A stretch of DNA of 58,385 bases, from contig CAYPUH010000001.1 of the NCBI GenBank assembly GCA_964413725.1, forward strand, positions 1 to 58,385, written 5' to 3'. How positions within the stretch are numbered: position 1 is the first letter of the stretch; each line of letters opens with the position of its first letter. Below the pieces are notes generated by a model. It saw nothing but the letters and a program-made list of their open reading frames with translations, was not told the origin of the DNA and ran no database searches. Origin of the DNA: an uncultured Cytophagia bacterium (GTDB taxonomy: Bacteria; Zhuqueibacterota; Zhuqueibacteria; Residuimicrobiales; Oceaniaggregativiventaceae). The position numbers and the translations under genes were made by a program. This document shows, piece after piece, positions 1-9,699 of this stretch.

Positions 1-54
1 TTAACAGAATCCAACAAAAACTATCGTTATGATTATGTTCTATTTAAAACAATC

Positions 55-83
55 GATATTTTCACCCAATTGGTGAAAATATC
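55..83. repeat. Perfect palindrome GATATTTTCACC-caatt-GGTGAAAATATC (operator-like site or hairpin)
   Basis: The 12-nt arms at 55-66 and 72-83 are exact reverse complements, read directly from the sequence. The site is AT-rich and intergenic. Confidence 0.5.
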
Positions 84-99
84 ATATTGATTATATTGG

Positions 100-124
100 G
101 GATTCGGTGCTTTGCACCGAATCC
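100..124. repeat. Hairpin GGATTCGGTGC-ttt-GCACCGAATCC (REP-like or terminator-like)
   Basis: The stem is 11 bp and perfect. The same GATTCGGT/ACCGAATC stem sequence recurs at 16844-16864. Confidence 0.5.
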
Positions 125-335
125 GGGAGGTAGTTGTGTTTGATCGTCCATGGGGGGCATGAAAACTCGAGGATATTGAATCGATGTCGCCCTTAACGGT
201 TTGGTTTCATATCCATGTCCTCCAAACGGTCGACTCTGCCTGTTGTTTTGGAGCAATGTTGTCATGATGTCCGGACGTAATCGACTATGCAACGGCCAAT
301 AGAGCCAGGACGATGACCATAAGCAGGAATATAAC

Positions 336-1250
336 GTGGACCTGAAAAAGGTAAAGTTTATTCAGAATCCCCGATCAGGGGTTTTAAACAGCCCGATTAT
401 TATACGCAGAATCATTGAACGAACGCTCGAATCCGCATCGTTTACCTATGATTTTGAGGAGACCACATACCGCGGACATGCAAAAATTATCGCCCAGAAC
501 TGTATCGAGGCAGGTTACGATGCGGTTGTCGCAGTAGGCGGTGATGGTACAGCAAATGAAGTCGCCTCCGCCCTGGTTCACTCTGGTGTCGCCATGGGAA
601 TCATACCCATCGGATCCGGTAACGGACTCGCCCGTGGTCTCGATATCCCTGTCTCGATAAGACGCTCAACCAACCTCTTGTTGCAGGGACGCGTCCGAAC
701 CATCGATGCCGGTAAGGTCAATAATCGCTACTATTTTGTCGTCGCGGGAGTGGGATTTGATGCTCTTGTGGGTAAGCTCTTTGACGATGTCAGTTTGCGC
801 GGACCGTTGCCCTACTTTACAATCGGATTCCGTGAATTCATTTCTTACAAGCCGGAAGTTTTTATCCTGAAATTCAATAATCGCCAAGTGGTGGCGCCGG
901 CGCTTTTGGTCGCTATTGCCAACACACGTCAGTGGGGAAACGGGGCCATCATCGCTCCTCATGCCCGAGTCGATGATGGATTGTTGGATATCTGCATCAT
1001 ACATCGAATTACGCTATGGTACGGCTTGTACCATCTCCCCAAATTGTTTACCGGAAAAATCGACAAGATTCGAAAATATGAGCGCTATCAGACCGATCAG
1101 CTGGAAATATTTCGCGAACATGCCGGTCCCTATCACGCAGATGGCGAACCCGGAGAAGGAGGTGATGTGATACGGTTCTCGGTCGATCACAACGCACTCG
1201 ATATCATTGTACCGGTAGAACAGGAGCCGGCCCCGGACGATGACCTATAG
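336..1250 (+). CDS. Diacylglycerol/lipid kinase family protein (YegS/BmrU-like)
   Basis: 304-aa ORF with a GTG start. It carries the DAGK catalytic-domain signature VAVGGDGTANEV and IPIGSGNGLAR, and its length is typical of the family. Confidence 0.85.
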   Translation: MDLKKVKFIQNPRSGVLNSPIIIRRIIERTLESASFTYDFEETTYRGHAKIIAQNCIEAGYDAVVAVGGDGTANEVASALVHSGVAMGIIPIGSGNGLARGLDIPVSIRRSTNLLLQGRVRTIDAGKVNNRYYFVVAGVGFDALVGKLFDDVSLRGPLPYFTIGFREFISYKPEVFILKFNNRQVVAPALLVAIANTRQWGNGAIIAPHARVDDGLLDICIIHRITLWYGLYHLPKLFTGKIDKIRKYERYQTDQLEIFREHAGPYHADGEPGEGGDVIRFSVDHNALDIIVPVEQEPAPDDDL

Positions 1251-1301
1251 ACATGAGGTGGCCATAAAACATATGGTCTTTATCCGATAAAGGACGAAAC
1301 A

Positions 1302-2012
1302 ATGAAATGGCTTAAACGGACGGGATGGGTCGTTTTGGTGTTGACCCTGTCCTCGATCATTTACTTTGTTGTCATGCCTCAGAACCGGTATTGCAATGAT
1401 CCCCTGACGAGTTCTTTGCGACAAATAGCAAACAACCTGATCGAAGCGGTTCCGGAAGGTCCTCAAAAGGAATCTTTGAGAACATTTTACGCCAACTTTT
1501 TATCCCGGGTGGACAAGAATCAGGTGAGCGAAGAGGAAATTAAACGAGTCGCTTCCATCACGATGAATTATTCTGTTCTTTACCCGGATTCTATTCCGGA
1601 TCCTGAATACATCTATGATCGGTTTGAACGAGAGCTCTCTGACCTGCCACCCTCTCCCCCCAAACTTCACAAAGAAAAACGAGAGGAATTGGCACGAAAA
1701 CTGATAGAGTTTAGAGTGTTCCAGGACCAGCTGGATAGCCTTTACAGTCCAACAGTTCGGAAGCAGATCGTCATAACACCAGAGTTTGAGAAAAAGATGG
1801 ATATCATGATGGATTCCAGTTTCATCGAACGAATCGAAGATATCAGAAAAAGGTGGTCTGCGGATACAAGGGTGCCCGATAGTCTATACCCTATTCATCA
1901 TGACAAAATTAGTTTTCGAATGGACAGTCTTTTAAAGGCCATGAAAGCTCTGGATCCTATTCCATTTGATTCTTTAGCTGTCCAAGCCCGAAATCCAGCA
2001 GAGTCACCCTAA
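1302..2012 (+). CDS. Hypothetical protein with an N-terminal membrane anchor
   Basis: 236-aa ORF. A hydrophobic N-terminal segment (WVVLVLTLSSIIYFVV) is followed by a charged helical region. I recognise no family. Confidence 0.5.
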   Translation: MKWLKRTGWVVLVLTLSSIIYFVVMPQNRYCNDPLTSSLRQIANNLIEAVPEGPQKESLRTFYANFLSRVDKNQVSEEEIKRVASITMNYSVLYPDSIPDPEYIYDRFERELSDLPPSPPKLHKEKREELARKLIEFRVFQDQLDSLYSPTVRKQIVITPEFEKKMDIMMDSSFIERIEDIRKRWSADTRVPDSLYPIHHDKISFRMDSLLKAMKALDPIPFDSLAVQARNPAESP

Positions 2013-5000
2013 AGGGGCTGAGCCAGGACCACGGTTTTGACACATTCCAGCGATCGTCTTGGTTGCACGGACCACGCTTCGACGTGGACGATATATATCC
2101 CCATCCGGCATCTCCTGCCATCGTCATCTTTACCATCCCATATTACCGTACGTTCGTGTCCAACAGGTTCATTGTTACATAAAAAGCGTACTCTTCTTCC
2201 CTTGACATCAAATACCTTGATATTGACTGCGGTCGGGCGCAGGGGAAGTTCGAGATGAATCGAGGTGTGATCACAGTGTCCATCACCGTTCGGCGTAAAG
2301 GGATTGGGTTGAACGGTGAGGTTGGGGGCTTTCGGTGCGGATTCAATGGCCACACTGTTTACTCTTCCTGCGGTGTGGCCCCGGGGATCAACACTCGCCG
2401 TCCAATTCCTTGCCGATGTTCCTTTGCTCTGCGGTGAAATGCGTTCCATGGATTTGCCTTTCAGTTCCGCTGAAATAATAACGCTGTCCAGAACGATGTC
2501 GTTGCAGTCCAGAATGACCAATGTATCCTCCAGATTCAGGGCCGGCAGAGAGCGTACGGAACAAAAGGTTGCAGTATCCGGAAGCCATTCGACGACAGTC
2601 GAATCGTCACCAAAGACCAAAAATGCTCCCGGAGCGATTGAGGGTGGTTTGATATTCAATGGAATCGAATCCTCTACTCTATTGTCGTGAAACCGCCATT
2701 GCCAGCTGTCAATGGGTTCTGTTGTAGTATTATAGAGCTCGATCCATTCCGGTTCTCCCACAGCAGGTCGGTTCATCACCTCATTGATGACCAGGGTACC
2801 GCGTGGATAACTTGCATAATATAATGTGTCCAGTCTGTTATTTATGGGATTTTGATCGTTCGGGCAGATCATCTCGGCTTCCAGTGTATAAAGGCCTGCG
2901 CACATCGGTGTCCATTGAAATTGAACTGGAGAGGTCTGAAACGGAGCCAGTGTAGGCACATCTTTTCGAGCGATGGATTCCCTGGTTGAGGAGTCCTGCC
3001 CCTTACACTGCCAGAGGCGAATTTCACACGAATTGAGGGGGTGACGACCGGCATTGAGTGCGATGGCTGTTAGAGTTACCGCTTGTCCGGTCTCATATGA
3101 ATTTGACTCTATCGTAAAGGGACCTGACCATCCGGCATCAACTTCTCTGGGACTGACACTGTTTAGAAAGCCCGGCGTGGATCCATACGCATTCCGGCAC
3201 TGCGTCCAGTTGTCCGGATCATTCGACGCCATTTCATATCGAATACGCTCAATCGACCGGTTCAGATCGGTCGGACCCACATAGTCGATGCTGTCGATAA
3301 GACTTTTTGTAGCGTCATACAGAGAGATGACATCTCCGGAATTGTTCAACGGAGGGAGAGACAGCTCGATGATCGGTGCGTCGACTCTCCGGACAAAACG
3401 AGACGTGTCTTCCACCAGTACCAGATACTCACCTGCCATAATTGATGACGTCTCTGCCAGCGAGACGCATCGATGGGCATCACACAAGGTCCAGCGCACG
3501 ATATCGACAGTCTGCTCGAGAGGGTTATAGAGTTCAATCCATTCACTTTGGCTGTTATCGGGATTGAATTGAATTTCATTGATGACAAGATCGTTATAAC
3601 GGTGTCCTATAGGTTGATTAAAACTCTGGCGATTGTTATTGGGATACGTGTCTGTCGCGGCATAAAGCGTCAGAATCACCGAATGCCACCCGGGTTTGGA
3701 TTCCAGTGGGCACCGGATGGTATCTCGCTGCATTGGGTACAAAGGACTGACCGGGTAATAGTGTGTCGATCCCATCGAGTGGGTTGACCCGCAAATCCTC
3801 TGTTCAATACCGATGGAATCGATAACCGCGGGTTGATTGCCCCAGTTTACAACCGGTATCGCAACCTGAATGGAATCGCCCCGTTTGGGGATATCTGTTT
3901 TTATATCAAGATTCGGGGGCTGGAGAGCGGGATCGGAAAAGTCGCTCATATGACTGTTGGGTTCCCCGGGTGTCGAGCCGAAGGGATGTCTGCACGCCAC
4001 CCAGGAGGCTTCAGATGATGGCACCCTCCGTTCCATAGAGCAGGTCCCGGATCTGTTGATCCGGACAGAGTCGATACGAGATCCCAGAGGAGAGGTCAAT
4101 ACGACCGAGGAGATAGGCTCTGTAAACGAATCGGGCACCTTTGAATACCATGGGGAGCGACAGCTCCATTGCAAGGAATCCTGCCAGATCCCGCTGCTTA
4201 ACAGATAAAATCCGTTTGGGGGGATCGCGGATTGTGTGTCGATTGCATGATTCATCCTGTCTTTGAGGGTTGACCATTCGATGACCCATCCGTATAGCGT
4301 CACATTGGATTGAGTATGGTTGTACAATTCGATCCAGTTTTGCTCAAGGCTAGAGTATTCATTGATGATAACGTCACCAGGACAATAATCGACGGTAAAG
4401 GATATCGTATCCGCCCAGGAGAACGAGTCCGTTGACACTGTAACCCTTCGGATATGACGATCGGGTTTAAGAGGGGGCAATCGAAACGTGACGGTCAGAC
4501 TGTCTGTTGGCTGTAGCAATGAATCGATTGGGATGGAGGCGATCCTTTTCTCATCTGTGGAATGCCACAACGAAACGACAAGATTTGTTAGTGTTTTGGT
4601 TCCTGTGTTCTGAATATGTGCATGAATAGAAACAGAGTCTTTTCGGGTCGATTGGAATGGAAAAGTACAATAAAGATACAGATCGTAGGGTGGTGGAGCG
4701 ATAGAGTTGTTTTTTCCGGGAGTCCCGTTTTGAATGTCAGAGGTCGCCCAATTTTCGTAGCTGTTGGGTTTTTTGAGATAACGCCGTTCTTTTGAAAACC
4801 CGTTGGCTACCGGTACCTTGTAGGTGTGTGAACTCGAGTCCCCGTTCGGGGAGAGAAGTGTAACACATTCGGAGCGGCTGTTTGCCAGACCCCGATGTCC
4901 CAGAGAGGCATCGTCTATCGTAATGAGCAGGGTAGAGTCCGGGATCCGGGTGTGATACACCCCCTCGTTTTCAAAATAACCGGGTACCAAAACCAAGCCG

Positions 5001-5260
5001 TACTGTCCCGGCATAAGAATCAGGGAACTGTCGACAGGTAAAAGATGGTCGCACTGATCTTCATCGCACAGGCGCCATCCGTCCAGATCGACAGGACGAT
5101 CAGAGTGATTGACAATCTCTACGAATTCATTGGTGCTTTCGTCTTCGATGGGATTGTAGAGAATTTCTGAAAGACGAACACAGGGCTCGCCGGCGAGGGC
5201 GGGACCGCCGGTGAAAAGAGCGAGGAAGCAAAGGAGTAGAACGGGCTGAATACCGTGCAC
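2009..5260 (-). CDS. Large secreted protein with four lamin-tail-domain (LTD) repeats and a FlgD-Ig/T9SS-like C-terminal domain
   Basis: 1083 aa with a signal peptide (LLLCFLALFTGGPALA). LTD signatures occur four times: SEILYNP..EFVEIVN..GWRL, INEYSS..WIELYN, INEIQFNP..EWIELYNP and INEVMNRP..EWIELYNT. The C-terminus NPFTPNGDG...IKVFDVKGRRVRFL...WDGKDDDGR..GIYIVHVEA matches the FlgD-Ig-like sorting-type domain. Confidence 0.8.
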   Translation of the reverse strand: MHGIQPVLLLCFLALFTGGPALAGEPCVRLSEILYNPIEDESTNEFVEIVNHSDRPVDLDGWRLCDEDQCDHLLPVDSSLILMPGQYGLVLVPGYFENEGVYHTRIPDSTLLITIDDASLGHRGLANSRSECVTLLSPNGDSSSHTYKVPVANGFSKERRYLKKPNSYENWATSDIQNGTPGKNNSIAPPPYDLYLYCTFPFQSTRKDSVSIHAHIQNTGTKTLTNLVVSLWHSTDEKRIASIPIDSLLQPTDSLTVTFRLPPLKPDRHIRRVTVSTDSFSWADTISFTVDYCPGDVIINEYSSLEQNWIELYNHTQSNVTLYGWVIEWSTLKDRMNHAIDTQSAIPPNGFYLLSSGIWQDSLQWSCRSPWYSKVPDSFTEPISSVVLTSPLGSRIDSVRINRSGTCSMERRVPSSEASWVACRHPFGSTPGEPNSHMSDFSDPALQPPNLDIKTDIPKRGDSIQVAIPVVNWGNQPAVIDSIGIEQRICGSTHSMGSTHYYPVSPLYPMQRDTIRCPLESKPGWHSVILTLYAATDTYPNNNRQSFNQPIGHRYNDLVINEIQFNPDNSQSEWIELYNPLEQTVDIVRWTLCDAHRCVSLAETSSIMAGEYLVLVEDTSRFVRRVDAPIIELSLPPLNNSGDVISLYDATKSLIDSIDYVGPTDLNRSIERIRYEMASNDPDNWTQCRNAYGSTPGFLNSVSPREVDAGWSGPFTIESNSYETGQAVTLTAIALNAGRHPLNSCEIRLWQCKGQDSSTRESIARKDVPTLAPFQTSPVQFQWTPMCAGLYTLEAEMICPNDQNPINNRLDTLYYASYPRGTLVINEVMNRPAVGEPEWIELYNTTTEPIDSWQWRFHDNRVEDSIPLNIKPPSIAPGAFLVFGDDSTVVEWLPDTATFCSVRSLPALNLEDTLVILDCNDIVLDSVIISAELKGKSMERISPQSKGTSARNWTASVDPRGHTAGRVNSVAIESAPKAPNLTVQPNPFTPNGDGHCDHTSIHLELPLRPTAVNIKVFDVKGRRVRFLCNNEPVGHERTVIWDGKDDDGRRCRMGIYIVHVEAWSVQPRRSLECVKTVVLAQPL

Positions 5261-5300
5261 AAGACCCCCTGATGCATTGGCAATGACCTGTCCCTTAGGC

Positions 5301-6680
5301 TTACGCGGAAGAGTCTTTTTGTTTATCTGTTACATTTTGGACCAGGTCATACAGGCTAGAGTCCCCCAGATAGGTTTTTTGTACGTTGAAAAGCCCGTTT
5401 TGTACCTCCTGGACCACTTTGCTGATCGCTTTTTGATGATGCTCATCCCTGGGGGATATACCCGTAGATCTGAATTTATCGATAATTGCGGCAAGTGAAA
5501 GAGAGTGTGTGGCCTGGTGTGGAATATATCCGTTTTGATCCTCATTGGTAACAAGTAGCAGTTTCATTTGCACACAGGAAGAGAGAACTGACTGTAAGAG
5601 CGGCTCGGGTTCTCGAAAGAGCTTGCTCATTTCATTTGCGGTGGGTGGATTGCCACCCTGTTCAAACCGAATGGCGGACAGGAGAATCACTTTGAGGGAG
5701 AGATTTTCAATATAGTGTTTGCTGTATTGATGAATATCCTTTTCCAGAGTGAGACGATCGAGGTTGTCATGCGTGAAGGAGATTTCCGCTCCCAGCAAAA
5801 CGATCGACCAGTTGATATACAGCCAGAACAGAAACAGGGGCAATGTTGCCAATCCAGCGTATATGGCGGCTTTGTAGCTATATTGATAGCTGGTTGCGAT
5901 AAAATTAGAAAACATCCCGTTAGAGAGTTGCCAGAGCGTACCTGCCAGAATCGCTCCGATCGATGCGGATATAAAAGAGACGTGTGTATTGGGGACAAAC
6001 GTAAGAATAAAATAAAAGGCGACCCAGGTGGCGACAATGGGTGTCCCTTTGTCGATGATCCAATTGAGCACGGGCAGACGCGTCAGTTGAAACAATCCGG
6101 TTTCCTCGAACGAGGCCACAACTCCGAGGACCAGGAACACCAATACCGGACCCAGAATCAGGATGCTGAGATAATCGGTGAGTTTTCTGGAAAAGGGACG
6201 GGTTTTTTTGACCTGCCAGATATCATTGAATGCACGTTCGATGTTGTTGATGATACTAAAGACAGAAAAGAGCAGAATCAGCATCCCCACGGCGCCAATG
6301 ACGCCGACGTTGACATTGTTGACGAAATTGAGAATGGTGGGGACGATTCGATTGACCGCTTCTTCGCCCAGCGGGTGTAAAAATTGTTCCAAAGCGGGCT
6401 CCAGTTTGTTGTGGAAGCCGAATGCCTTGAGCAATGAAAACATGAGGGCGAGAATGGGGACGATGGAGAGCAGGGTTGCATATACCAGTGCGGAGGCTCG
6501 TATGAGCAGGCGGTCTCTGAAAAAGGAACGAACAACAAAATAGACCAGCTGTATCTGGTAAATTGAAAACGCCCGGGCGCGTGAGAGTTGGACGTCCGGA
6601 CGCCAAAAGTCTGCACTTATCCATTCATATCGTTTGGACCAGATGTCTTTCAGTCGTTTGAGAAACCGATTCATAGACAT
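5301..6680 (-). CDS. YihY/BrkB-family inner-membrane protein with a C-terminal soluble extension of about 150 aa
   Basis: 459 aa. It has the multi-TM core and the family motif region (ERAFNDIWQVKKTRPF). YihY proteins are usually about 300 aa, so the tail from about residue 305 is extra. Confidence 0.8.
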   Translation of the reverse strand: MSMNRFLKRLKDIWSKRYEWISADFWRPDVQLSRARAFSIYQIQLVYFVVRSFFRDRLLIRASALVYATLLSIVPILALMFSLLKAFGFHNKLEPALEQFLHPLGEEAVNRIVPTILNFVNNVNVGVIGAVGMLILLFSVFSIINNIERAFNDIWQVKKTRPFSRKLTDYLSILILGPVLVFLVLGVVASFEETGLFQLTRLPVLNWIIDKGTPIVATWVAFYFILTFVPNTHVSFISASIGAILAGTLWQLSNGMFSNFIATSYQYSYKAAIYAGLATLPLFLFWLYINWSIVLLGAEISFTHDNLDRLTLEKDIHQYSKHYIENLSLKVILLSAIRFEQGGNPPTANEMSKLFREPEPLLQSVLSSCVQMKLLLVTNEDQNGYIPHQATHSLSLAAIIDKFRSTGISPRDEHHQKAISKVVQEVQNGLFNVQKTYLGDSSLYDLVQNVTDKQKDSSA

Positions 6681-6754
6681 CCCTTGCGTTAAAAAGGTTA
6701 TATAAATCGCAACTATGTGCGTCTAGTGTAGAATACAAAACCTGTGAGAGAAAA

Positions 6755-8062
<1,308 letters not shown>

Positions 8063-8113
8063 TTAGCCGTCAAGGGCCTTGTCCTCAAAAAGCGGACACG
8101 TCAACCCTGGCTG

Positions 8114-8150
8114 AAATAAAAAACTCCGAACAGACCAGGTTGCTCGGAGT
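8114..8150 (-). terminator. Rho-independent terminator after the STAS gene, ending the secD-secF-STAS unit
   Basis: The minus strand reads ACUCCGA..(14 nt)..UCGGAGU followed by UUUUUUAUUU. It lies 27 nt downstream of the STAS stop codon. Confidence 0.7.
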
Positions 8151-8176
8151 TTTAACAGTCTACTCACACGGGTTGA

Positions 8177-8518
8177 TCAGTGAAAACTCGCCTTGGCTTG
8201 TTCTACCGTGTCGTGAATATCAAAGACATTTGCCAGTTTTGTTATGGTGAGCAAACTTTTGATTCGGTCTGTCACCGCAGCCAATTTCAAGTCACCTCCG
8301 GCATTCCGGATCGTGGTCAACCCACTGATCAGAATGCCCAGGCCGGAACTGTTCATCCATTCCACTTGCGAAAGATCTGCTATGATGTGGATTTGACCCG
8401 ATTCGAGTAGCTCATGCAGCCGGTCATTCAGTTGAGCGGCATCGGGGCCACCCATTATTTTTCCGGACAATTCGATGACGGTGAGGCCGTCAGTTGGCCG
8501 ATCGGAAAATTGGATCAT
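8177..8518 (-). CDS. STAS-domain anti-sigma-factor antagonist (SpoIIAA-like)
   Basis: 113 aa. The motif region MNSSGLGILISG resembles the phospho-Ser loop DSSGLG of SpoIIAA/RsbV, and the size is typical. Confidence 0.85.
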   Translation of the reverse strand: MIQFSDRPTDGLTVIELSGKIMGGPDAAQLNDRLHELLESGQIHIIADLSQVEWMNSSGLGILISGLTTIRNAGGDLKLAAVTDRIKSLLTITKLANVFDIHDTVEQAKASFH

Positions 8519-8532
8519 CTGTCGCTCCCGTA

Positions 8533-9462
8533 TTATCGCGCTGAACGTGCGGCTTTGCGGGTTTTAGAATGTTCAAATTTGAGATACCATTCCAACACAA
8601 TAGGACTGGCAACGAAAACAGAGGAATAGGTACCGATCAATACTCCCAGGATCAAAGCCAGACTAAAGTTGTGAATAACAGATCCGCCGAACAAGAACAA
8701 TACCAGCACCACGATCAGAGTGGTCAAGGATGTGACGATGGTACGGGTCAGGGTTTGGTTGATGCTGATGTTGAGTATGTTCTGATATTTTTCTCTGCGA
8801 TAGGTTTTCAGATTTTCACGGATCCGATCATAGACCACGATGGTATCGTTCAAAGAGTAGCCCACGATGGTCAGAAATGCCGCCACGACCGCCAGTGAAA
8901 TTTCCAGATTCAGCAGCGAAAAGATACCGAGAGTAATCAGAACATCATGAAAGAGTGCGATAACGGCACCGACAGCGAATTTGAATTCGAATCGCCAGCT
9001 GACATAAATCAGGATTCCCAGCAGAGAAATCAAAACGGCTAGAATAGCAGCCTGACGCAGTTCGCTGCCGATTTTGGGTCCAATTTCCGTTACCGCCCGG
9101 ATATCGTAGGGATTGTCCGGAAAATCTTCGGTCAGTTTGGTTTCGATCATTTCGGATGTCTCTGCACCTTCACCAATTTGTTCAACACGAATGATAAATT
9201 CGTTATTGTTCTCCATCCCTATCTTTTTGATTTCTGCTTTGGAAAATCCGAGTTCACTGATAGAACCCCGGATATCCCCGGCATCGATAGGCTTTTCAAA
9301 GGCGATTTGAAGGGACGTTCCACCGGTAAAATCAATGCTATACTTGATGCCGCCATGGAAAATCAGGGAGATGAGACCGATGACAATGGCTGCCGCAGAA
9401 AGGATGTAGGCAATGCGCCGTTTTCCCAAAAAGTCGATTTTAGTTTCTCGAAAAATTTGCAT
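8533..9462 (-). CDS. secF: Protein translocase subunit SecF
   Basis: 309 aa. It has the N-terminal TM segment, a periplasmic loop and the C-terminal 5-TM RND-like bundle (NDTIVVYDRIRENL). Confidence 0.93.
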   Translation of the reverse strand: MQIFRETKIDFLGKRRIAYILSAAAIVIGLISLIFHGGIKYSIDFTGGTSLQIAFEKPIDAGDIRGSISELGFSKAEIKKIGMENNNEFIIRVEQIGEGAETSEMIETKLTEDFPDNPYDIRAVTEIGPKIGSELRQAAILAVLISLLGILIYVSWRFEFKFAVGAVIALFHDVLITLGIFSLLNLEISLAVVAAFLTIVGYSLNDTIVVYDRIRENLKTYRREKYQNILNISINQTLTRTIVTSLTTLIVVLVLFLFGGSVIHNFSLALILGVLIGTYSSVFVASPIVLEWYLKFEHSKTRKAARSAR

Positions 9463-9510
9463 GGTATAGGTTTTCTCCTCAACCGTTCCAGATTATCTAA
9501 TCTTTGCCCC

Positions 9511-9532
9511 GGATTCCGCTTGATCGGAATCC
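9511..9532. repeat. Hairpin GGATTCCG-cttgat-CGGAATCC in the secD-secF spacer
   Basis: The stem is 8 bp and perfect, read directly from the sequence. Confidence 0.5.
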
Positions 9533-9618
9533 AATATCCATTTTTATTCGCGTTACATTTTGTATCGAGCGGGTGACATTTCTTCCATTGGATCGATGGG
9601 ATGTGCATTCACCCGGAG

Positions 9619-9657
9619 GCTGCGGAACCGCATCGCGAAACACGATGCGGTTGCAGC
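9619..9657. repeat. Long hairpin in the secD-secF spacer
   Basis: GCTGC(GG)AACCGCATCG-cgaaaca-CGATGCGGTTGCAGC gives 15 bp with a 2-nt bulge. No U-tract follows on the mRNA (minus) strand. Confidence 0.5.
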
Positions 9658-9699
9658 CGTTCCCTTCCGGCCCCGAGAGCGCTCAGGGTCGGTCACGGA

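Noticed and set aside
62-292. 76-aa minus-strand ORF at the left edge.
   Set aside because: I recognise no motif. It overlaps the 100-124 hairpin and has no evident RBS. I left it unannotated, though the region could equally hold a small RNA.
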